Assembly (NCBI GenBank): GCA_963755995.1
Contig: CAVWLQ010000003.1
Location: 981,580 to 1,045,579 of the forward strand
Direction: 5' to 3'
Source of the DNA: an uncultured Chloroflexia bacterium
Lineage (GTDB): Bacteria > Chloroflexota > Limnocylindria > Limnocylindrales > CSP1-4
DNA length: 64,000 nucleotides
Shown here: piece after piece, positions 1 to 6,305 of the stretch
Position numbering within the stretch: the first letter of the stretch is position 1
Layout of the letters: each line of letters opens with the position of its first letter
Program-made: the position numbers and the translations under genes
The notes under the pieces: model-generated
What the model was told of the DNA's origin: nothing
Database searches by the model: none
What the model saw: the letters and a program-made list of their open reading frames with translations, nothing else

Positions 1-254
1 GGCCAACCCAGGCCCGGCCCGTATTCCGTCTCGACGCCATTTCGATGGTCGGTGATCTTTCCCTGCAGGACGTACACGGTCCCAGGCCTACCCTCGTGGT
101 CGTGCATCGGCCCGATGACGCCTCCGGGCTCGATGGTCACCAAGCGCATTCGGAGCTGGCGCCCCGCCATGCCCTCGATCTCATCCGCGAGGTCGACCAA
201 TGCGAGTAGCTCGACCGCGACACCCTTCGTCTCAGATGGCCCCGTGTTGTCCAA
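1..254 (-). CDS. cupin-domain protein, partial (3' end runs off the left edge of the window)
   Basis: My own minus-strand translation; it is absent from the ORF track because it is truncated. It reads ...VAVELLALVDLADEIEGMAGRQLRMRLVTIEPGGVIGPMHDHEGRPGTVYVLQGKITDHRNGVETEYGPGLGW, which has a cupin motif-1 context (G..H.H...G). The start is uncertain: in-frame TTG at 254 or 200, or ATG at 170. Confidence 0.45.
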   Translation of the reverse strand, partial: MDNTGPSETKGVAVELLALVDLADEIEGMAGRQLRMRLVTIEPGGVIGPMHDHEGRPGTVYVLQGKITDHRNGVETEYGPGLGW

Positions 255-296
255 TGCGTTCTCCGCTGCGTGATGCCGCCGTCGTGCTGCCGATAC

Positions 297-383
297 TGGT
301 GCCGGAGCCGAGATTCGAACTCGGACGCCCTTGCGGGCCGCGGAGTTTAAGTCCGCCGCGTCTACCTGTTCCGCCACTCCGGC
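297..383 (-). tRNA. tRNA-Leu (anticodon TAA), class II with long variable arm, CCA encoded
   Basis: The reverse complement folds as a cloverleaf. Acceptor GCCGGAG/CTCCGGC, anticodon stem GCGGA/TCCGC with loop CTTAAAC, T arm CCGAG-TTCGAATC-CTCGG, and a terminal ACCA. Confidence 0.92.
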
Positions 384-408
384 CGGGCGACAGCGTAGCG
401 GACGAGCC

Positions 409-1702
409 TCAGGTGATCTCGTCCGCGAGGTCGTCGTCCGCCCCGATCTGTCGCCCCGCCCGCGACCGACGGTGGCGGAGTCCACTCCGGAGGACGATGC
501 TCACGGCGCTGATCGCCGTCGTGGCGATGAGGACCCCGAGGCGGATCTCCGTCCCCGCCAGCCGGTCCAGTGCCTTGGTCGTGCGCTCGTCGGTCGCCGC
601 GTCCAGGACAAGGTCGGCGCCGTCACGGAGGGCCTTCGCAGCCGTCGTCTGGATCCCCTCGGCGCCGGGCGTCGCTGTCCCGATGATCGCCTCGCCGGCC
701 ATCGCCCCCGCCCGCAGGTCGCGCTCGACCTGGAGCCGCTGGCGGTACAGGACCTCCCATTCGTCGTATGGGACGACGAGGGTGGCGAGCGACTCGTCGA
801 TCGCCTCGAAGGCGGCGGCCGCCGCGTCGTCGAACCTGGGCCGTTCCGGCGGCGTCGCCATGCCGGTCGCCAGCGCCGTCAGGCGGTCCTCAACGGCCTG
901 GGACTCGGCGCTGACCGTCAGATGAGCGGCCGTGGTCGTCAGACGACTGGCCATGGCGGCGCGGGCGCGGGCCAGCAGCTCGGGCTTGCCCGAGATCAAC
1001 AGATCCATCGGATAGATGAGGATGTCGAGGTCCTTGCCTCGCAGGCTGCAGCATTCGATCGGGCACCAGCGAGCTCGAGCTGCGGCCGCCGACGGCGGCG
1101 ATCCATTTGGCGGGCTTCGACATGGCAGCCGACGCCGGGCGCGACTCCACCTCGAGACCGGCGTCGACGACGGCGCGTCGCAGGTCGGTCGCGACCTGCT
1201 CGTAGGCGCCCGGTTTCACGACGAGTGGGACATGCGCGTCGTCCCAATGACGGAGCAGGGCGCCGACCTTGCGCCAGATCGCGAGACCGGCCAGGAAGAC
1301 GAGGAGGACCGCGAGCAACACGGTCAGCGGATAGCCTCGCGCGACGGCTTCGAGGGCAGCGCGGGCGCCTCGCTCTTGCTCGGGTGAGAGGGCGAGAGTG
1401 AGCGCGCCGATCACGGCAGGCAGGACCAGCGCGCCGATCAGCATCCCGAGACGCACGAGCCCCTCGGGGACGATGTCCTGGGGCGGGACCAGGAACAGCA
1501 GGAAGGTCCCGACCTGCGGCAGGAGGACGCCCGCCACGAGCACCATCCAGATCACGGAGCCGAACGTCACGCCGAGCAGCAGGATCTGGCGCGATGCCGG
1601 CACGCGCCCGAACAGCAGCGTGCTCGCCCAGCCGAGCGCGGTCGTCAGGATCTTGGTCGCGAAGCGGGAGCCCAGGGCGACGAGGGCGGCGAGGATGGCC
1701 AC
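409..1702 (-). CDS. membrane protein of unknown function (N-terminal TM bundle plus C-terminal soluble part and one TM), interrupted by a +1 frameshift near 1061-1063
   Basis: ORFs 890..1702 and 409..1008 both look coding up to their junction. Removing one C from the CCC run (plus-strand GGG at 1061-1063) reads ...AAVGGRSSSSLVPIECCSLRGKDLDILIYPMDLLISGKPELL... continuously. Total length is 1294 nt, which is 1 mod 3. Confidence 0.5.
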
Positions 1703-1865
1703 GGTCGAAGAGTCGGGCCGCGGGCGTGACGGCCGGACCCGCCGTCGTCGCCCATGCCTTGCGTTCGCATCGCGCGTGGATGATCAGGAAATGCCCGCAA
1801 AGCTAGCGTCGTCCTGTAGAGTTGGACACGGCCCGAGCGCGCGCTGGACCACAACGGCGACAGAC

Positions 1866-2249
1866 ATGACCACGAGCCGACCTCTGGGACTCGACGGCCT
1901 CACGGATTCCGTGCGATCCATGGTCAGTCCCGCCCTGCAGCGCTCGGAGGAAGTCCTGGAGAGCGCCACGGCGGTGGGCTGCACCCTGGTCCTCACGGAT
2001 CGGCGGCTCATGCTCGTCCGCGAGGGCACGCAGCATCGCCCGCGGTCGGGTGTCCAGACGTGGCCCCTCGATCGGACCCTGACGATCCGCCTCAGCTCGA
2101 GTCGGGAGCGGGCGCGGGTGCTGATCGAATGCTGCGGCCAGGCTGTGAGCGTGTTCGTGGCGGCCGTCCACGCAGCGGCGATCCGGCGGCTCGTGGTCGA
2201 TGCCCGCGAGCGGATCTACACCGAGGACGTTCCGGCCGATCCGTCGTGA
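1866..2249 (+). CDS. small hypothetical protein, bacterial PH-domain-like
   Basis: Only the C-terminal 127 aa of ORF 1398..2249 look coding (from MTTSRPLGLDGL...). The upstream part is antisense to the membrane gene. The pattern LVLTDRRLMLVREG...WPLDRTLTIRL resembles bPH-type domains. Confidence 0.5.
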   Translation: MTTSRPLGLDGLTDSVRSMVSPALQRSEEVLESATAVGCTLVLTDRRLMLVREGTQHRPRSGVQTWPLDRTLTIRLSSSRERARVLIECCGQAVSVFVAAVHAAAIRRLVVDARERIYTEDVPADPS

Positions 2250-2445
2250 TCACGCGCCGCGACGAGACGAGGGACCCCCGTTGGCCGGCGACACCGCCGG
2301 GGGGACAACGCAGCCGGCGCCCGAGGATCCCTCTCCTGAAGGAACGGTCCGCCCGCCCGTCTCGTTAGGGCCTGCGAGGCCGATCACGTCCGTTCGTCAC
2401 CCTTTGGTCTGCCACCGGCGCGCGAGCGCTCGTAGACTGGTGGCG

Positions 2446-3174
2446 ATGACCGGCCCGATCGCGCGGCTCTGGCGGCAACCCTCGGGGGTTCTGCTCGCAG
2501 TCCAGCTCACAGCCGTGCTGGTCTACCCCTTCACGGATCAGTCACCGGTCGGTCGGGCGGCATTCTCATTGTTCGCGCTGGTCGTCCTGTTCCTTGCCGT
2601 GCGAGCCGTTCGGGCTACACCCGCCCTGCTGTGGATCGCGGTGCTCCTGGGCGTGCCGATCGTCGTCCTGACCGTCCTCGAGATCCTCGACCCGCTCAAT
2701 GCCCAGGTCATCCTCTGGTCGTCGATCCTGCATGCCGCGTTCTACTTCTACACGAGCTTCGCGCTGCTGCGCTACATGTTCGTCGACCGCTTCGTGACGA
2801 CGGACGAGCTGTGGGCGACCGGGGCGACCTTCACCGTCGTCGCGTGGGCGTTCGCCTACACGTTCATGGCTGTCCAGGTGATCTGGCCCGGTTCGTTCAG
2901 CGCGACGATCGCCCCGGATGCGCCCCGGACGTGGTTCGAGATGCTCTTCCTGTCGTTCACGAACCTCACCAGCGTCGGCCTGTCCGACATCACGCCGGTC
3001 CTGCCTCACGCCCGCTCCTGGGTCATGATCGAGCAGGTGGCGGGACTGCTCTACGTTGCTCTGGTCATCTCCCGGGTCGTCGGGCTGACCATCGCCCGGC
3101 AGCGCACCGCCCACACGGCGCATGTGGCCGGCGACGAGCCCGGCAACGACGCGATACCGGGCGCGCGCTCCTGA
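2446..3174 (+). CDS. ion-channel family membrane protein (2-TM pore / Ion_trans_2-like) with a non-canonical selectivity filter
   Basis: Internal ATG at 2446 (MTGPIARLW...) begins the hydrophobic part of ORF 2200..3174. The pore-like segment is FLSFTNLTSVGLSDITP, compared with the canonical T-V-G-Y-G-D. Confidence 0.6.
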   Translation: MTGPIARLWRQPSGVLLAVQLTAVLVYPFTDQSPVGRAAFSLFALVVLFLAVRAVRATPALLWIAVLLGVPIVVLTVLEILDPLNAQVILWSSILHAAFYFYTSFALLRYMFVDRFVTTDELWATGATFTVVAWAFAYTFMAVQVIWPGSFSATIAPDAPRTWFEMLFLSFTNLTSVGLSDITPVLPHARSWVMIEQVAGLLYVALVISRVVGLTIARQRTAHTAHVAGDEPGNDAIPGARS

Positions 3175-3175
3175 G

Positions 3176-3583
3176 TCAGGGGCTCGTCCCCGCCCCGATC
3201 ACCCGAGTCAGCAGGGCGAAGCCATCGGCCGTGCCCTGCCAGCGAGCCTCCAGGTCGGCGATCCCGACACGACGACGCACATAGCGCATCGCGACGATCG
3301 CCACGACGACGTCGTCCAGAGGCCCGAGGACGGGAATGAACTCCGGGATCAGGTCGATCGGGCTGAGGATCCAGGCGACGAGCCCGATGACCACGAGACG
3401 GACGTCCGTCGGCACGGCACCATCGCGGATGAGCGAGCGAAGCAGGCGCAGGACGTCGGGGATGACCGCCAGAAGCTCGCGAAGGGGCACGTCCCGAGGG
3501 CGAAGCACGAAGAACAGGACGAGCAGGGCGAGCCACAGGAACAACAGCCCGACGATCACGCCGATGACCAGCTCGATACTCAT
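3176..3583 (-). CDS. DUF1232 (YkvA-like) membrane protein
   Basis: 135 aa with an N-terminal TM and the characteristic ...LSPIDLIPEFIPVLGPLDDVVVAIVAMRYV... motif. Confidence 0.75.
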   Translation of the reverse strand: MSIELVIGVIVGLLFLWLALLVLFFVLRPRDVPLRELLAVIPDVLRLLRSLIRDGAVPTDVRLVVIGLVAWILSPIDLIPEFIPVLGPLDDVVVAIVAMRYVRRRVGIADLEARWQGTADGFALLTRVIGAGTSP

Positions 3584-3642
3584 GCGTCAACGATCGTATC
3601 GGGCTACGCCGGAAGGTCACACGCTTGCTGCCGGACATAAGG

Positions 3643-3668
3643 AAACGGCCCCGAAGGGCCGTTTTGTG
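3643..3668. terminator. bidirectional hairpin terminator, inferred to be the native terminator of the tRNA-Cys operon
   Basis: AAACGGCCC-CGAA-GGGCCGTTTT is a 9-bp GC stem. It is flanked by an A tract on one side and a T tract on the other. It lies immediately downstream (minus strand) of the orphan tRNA-Cys 3' fragment. Confidence 0.65.
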
Positions 3669-3674
3669 CTTGTG

Positions 3675-3722
3675 AGTGGAGGCGACGACCGGATTCGAAC
3701 CGGTGAATAGAGGTTTTGCAGA
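3675..3722 (-). repeat. orphan 3' fragment of tRNA-Cys (anticodon loop to CCA plus 2 nt): distal att-like direct repeat
   Basis: 48/48 nt identical to 32931..32978 (AGTGGAGGCGACGACCGGATTCGAACCGGTGAATAGAGGTTTTGCAGA). No tRNA 5' half follows it, and the sequences diverge at 3723 versus 32979. Confidence 0.9.
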
Positions 3723-3804
3723 ACTGGGGATAGGCCAATCCCCCACCCAATTCGTGCTCAGTGTATCCGCTGGAGTGGGCTGGAAACCGGTCGAGGATGA
3801 CACG

Positions 3805-3828
3805 TTCTGCCGACCATTCTGCCGACCA
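3805..3828 (+). repeat. tandem 12-mer TTCTGCCGACCA x2, sub-terminal island repeat
   Basis: Perfect tandem copies at 3805-3816 and 3817-3828. The surrounding roughly 36 bp (GATGACACGTTCTGCCGACCATTCTGCCGACCATCT) recurs at 32662-32697 with a few mismatches. Confidence 0.8.
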
Positions 3829-3849
3829 TCTGCTGGGCCGGACGCCGAC

Positions 3850-4329
3850 CTAACCAACAGCTCCAACACGCGGTTCGAGCACGACGACAGCCGTCTTCCT
3901 GGTCCGCATCGCCGCCCAGGCGTCGTAATCGTCGCTGAACTCGCGCCAGCGGGCCCATAGTCGATCACGTTCCTCGCCTTCCGCGGCGCGACCGCGGACT
4001 TTTCGGGGTCCGTCCACCAGCTGGACCGTCGTGTCGGGCTGTGCCTGGAGGTTCAGCCACCAGGCGGGCTCTGCCTCCGCCCAGCCATTCATGGCCAGGG
4101 TGACCAGGTTCGGTCCGTCTTCAAGGTAGCCGAAGATCGCGACCCGTGGCTGCCCTGAGCGTCGTCCGAGCGTCCTCAGGCGCATCATCCCGAACTTGCT
4201 GCCGGGCTCTGGTGGGCGGAGGCCGATCCGCCCTGCTGTGAACCTAAACAGCGCGCGGTGGAGTATCCAGGCAGCACGGACGATCGGACGCGGGGGAAGC
4301 GTCGCCGCCTGCTTTCGCGCGGCGGTCAT
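3850..4329 (-). CDS. deazaflavin (F420)-dependent nitroreductase family protein (TIGR00026 / DUF385, Ddn-like), copy a
   Basis: 159 aa with family-typical GRRSGQPRVAIFGYLEDGPNLVTLAMNGWAEAEPAWWLNLQAQPDTTVQL...ERDRLWARW. Its ATG overlaps the stop of the upstream DUF4386 gene (ATGA at 4326-4329). Confidence 0.85.
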   Translation of the reverse strand: MTAARKQAATLPPRPIVRAAWILHRALFRFTAGRIGLRPPEPGSKFGMMRLRTLGRRSGQPRVAIFGYLEDGPNLVTLAMNGWAEAEPAWWLNLQAQPDTTVQLVDGPRKVRGRAAEGEERDRLWARWREFSDDYDAWAAMRTRKTAVVVLEPRVGAVG

Positions 4330-5126
4330 GCCGCACCTGCAACCGCTGTTGCGGTGGCCGGTGATGGGGCAACGATCGGCAACACGTCTCCGGATCGAGC
4401 AAGCAGGGTGGCGGCAGCACCGGGCTGGAAGCCCCTGAAGATGAGGTACAGACCAAGGATCCCGATCTCCCAGACGATCTCGAGGACCGTCGCGAGGCCC
4501 TGCGCGGGGGAGCCGAGCTCGATGACACCGAAGAGGATGGCGATACCGGAAGCCATCACGAGCGGGCCACCGATCATGCCGAACATCGTCAGGCGGCGCG
4601 AGAGCAGGCCCGAGCGGTACATGAGATAGCCCAGCAGCAGCCCGTTCCCGAGGCCGGACATGAAACCTGGCCCGAGCAGGAAGGTCCAGTCATGGACGGC
4701 GACGAGTGACTGGCTGGCGACGAGCAACGAGCCGGGATCGGCGCCGGCCCCGTCCTGCCGGAGCGTCTCAACGGCCAGGAGGCTGAGCATGCCGACGACG
4801 ATGAGCGCGGCTTCGATGAAGCGAGCGGCGACGTAGCTGAGTGCGAGGGTCTCGTTCTGGCGCCGCAGGAGCGGGAACAACACCATCGCGGTGGCGATGT
4901 TGGCGATCACGGTGAGGATCTCGAAGAAGGCGCCGAGGGACACGCTATTGCCGGCACCAGGACCGAGGACGTAGGCCGGGTCGTTGAGGACCGGGCCGTA
5001 AGCCAGGACGCCGGGGATGGCAAAGACGAGGGTCAGGACGAACAAGATGCCGACTGCAAACGCAGTCTTTCGCTGGGCGTCCATCGGGACTCGGTTCGTT
5101 GCTGGGGTTCGAACGGGGTTCGTCAT
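4326..5126 (-). CDS. DUF4386 membrane protein, copy a
   Basis: 266 aa, multi-TM. RKTAFAVGILFVLTLVF...LGAFFEILTVIANIATAMVLFPLLRRQNETLALSYVAARFIEAALIVVG... matches the DUF4386 pattern and the paralogues at 26291 and 30909. Confidence 0.8.
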   Translation of the reverse strand: MTNPVRTPATNRVPMDAQRKTAFAVGILFVLTLVFAIPGVLAYGPVLNDPAYVLGPGAGNSVSLGAFFEILTVIANIATAMVLFPLLRRQNETLALSYVAARFIEAALIVVGMLSLLAVETLRQDGAGADPGSLLVASQSLVAVHDWTFLLGPGFMSGLGNGLLLGYLMYRSGLLSRRLTMFGMIGGPLVMASGIAILFGVIELGSPAQGLATVLEIVWEIGILGLYLIFRGFQPGAAATLLARSGDVLPIVAPSPATATAVAGAA

Positions 5127-5177
5127 GTCGATCTCCTTGTCGGTAGTCGGTAGGTGTATGCCAAGGCTCGACGTGGG

Positions 5178-5864
5178 CTATGCGGCGCTGGTCTGATCGG
5201 GCTGCGACAGCACCAGGGCAGGGAGTGGTTCAGAGGCTGGCGCTCGCTGCTCCGCCCAGAGCGCGTAACCCAGCCATGCGAGACCCAGGCCGATCGGCAC
5301 CGCCGCGATACGGGGTGCGTCCAGGGCGGCCGTCAGGGGCGCCGATACGATGATCCCGAAGGCGAACAGAGCGGCCGCCGGACGGGGCAGGATCCGCGCT
5401 CGGATGGTGGCGATGCCAAAGACGATGCAACCACCGAGGAACAGGGCGCTTGAGATCGAGTAGATCGTCGGCAAGGCACCGAGATCGAGATCGGACGGCG
5501 CATTCTCGACCATCCCCAGCAAGCCGGTGACATAGGCTGGCGACAACGCGGCGAGGATCGGCTCGATGAATGCCTCGACGAAGGTGAACGCAGCCGTGAT
5601 CAGAAGCCCCAGGCTCAGCGCGATGTAGCCGACGAGGCCGAGCCAGCCCGCCTTCTCGACCTGACGGGCGTAGATCCCGGTGAGGCCGGCCAGGAAGAGG
5701 ACCAGCATCACGCAGCTCGCCTGGTGGATGGCCGACCAGGCCGGCGTCGTGACCGATTGCAATGTCTCGGGCGGGTGGATGGGCTGGATGACCACGAACA
5801 GGACTCCGGCCGCGATCGCGGCGACGCCAGTCGAGCGAATCAGTCCAGGGGCAGTGACCTTCAT
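5178..5864 (-). CDS. polytopic membrane protein of unknown function (present only in cassette copy a)
   Basis: 228 aa with about 6 hydrophobic segments and good coding appearance. Its ATG overlaps the stop of the upstream small gene (ATGA at 5861-5864). Confidence 0.65.
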   Translation of the reverse strand: MKVTAPGLIRSTGVAAIAAGVLFVVIQPIHPPETLQSVTTPAWSAIHQASCVMLVLFLAGLTGIYARQVEKAGWLGLVGYIALSLGLLITAAFTFVEAFIEPILAALSPAYVTGLLGMVENAPSDLDLGALPTIYSISSALFLGGCIVFGIATIRARILPRPAAALFAFGIIVSAPLTAALDAPRIAAVPIGLGLAWLGYALWAEQRAPASEPLPALVLSQPDQTSAA

Positions 5865-6184
5865 CGTGTCCTCCGTTCATGTGAGATGTAGGAATCGGTT
5901 GTAGAGATGGGTTCGGTGCCTGCTGAGGTCGCGAGTGGACGTTCCGACTCGGACTCGTTGACCGAGATCAGCGTCACGCCCATGTCGCGCAACTTCTGGA
6001 GCAGACCATGGAGAGCCGCCTGATCGGCAACTGGTCCGGAGACCAGGGTCGTGCCGTCGCTCGCGTGGGTCAGGGACATCCCGCCGAGCCAATCGGCCCA
6101 GCTGCCGTCGAGGCGTCCCTTCAGGCGGATCTCGTACCGCGTCGCCTCGTGGCGCTGGTCAGTCGATCCGCGGCGCTTGTCCAT
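5861..6184 (-). CDS. conserved small protein of unknown function (RYEIRL...DQAALHGLLQK-R family), copy a
   Basis: I prefer the internal ATG at 6184, which is preceded by GGAAGGAG. The core RYEIRLKGRLDGSWADWLGGMSLTHASDGTTLVSGPVADQAALHGLLQKLRDMGVTLISV aligns with the copies at 25984 and 30615. Confidence 0.75.
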   Translation of the reverse strand: MDKRRGSTDQRHEATRYEIRLKGRLDGSWADWLGGMSLTHASDGTTLVSGPVADQAALHGLLQKLRDMGVTLISVNESESERPLATSAGTEPISTTDSYISHERRTR

Positions 6185-6261
6185 CTGGCTCCTTCCTCTG
6201 TCCCACTTGTCGGCGATGCCGGTGGCTCCGACGGCCGGGGAGTCCAAGGTGGACGGGAAGG

Positions 6262-6290
6262 TGGGGACGTCGCCTCCCCATCACTGGGGA
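6262..6290 (-). promoter_or_regulatory. tripartite operator-like repeat TCCCCA-N4-TGGGGA-N7-TCCCCA (read on the minus strand), between LAL-a and small gene a
   Basis: Half-sites lie at 6285-6290, 6275-6280 and 6262-6267, with a fourth at 6297-6302. Copy b has the identical architecture at 25892-25920. Confidence 0.55.
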
Positions 6291-6305
6291 AAGCGATGGG
6301 GAAAG

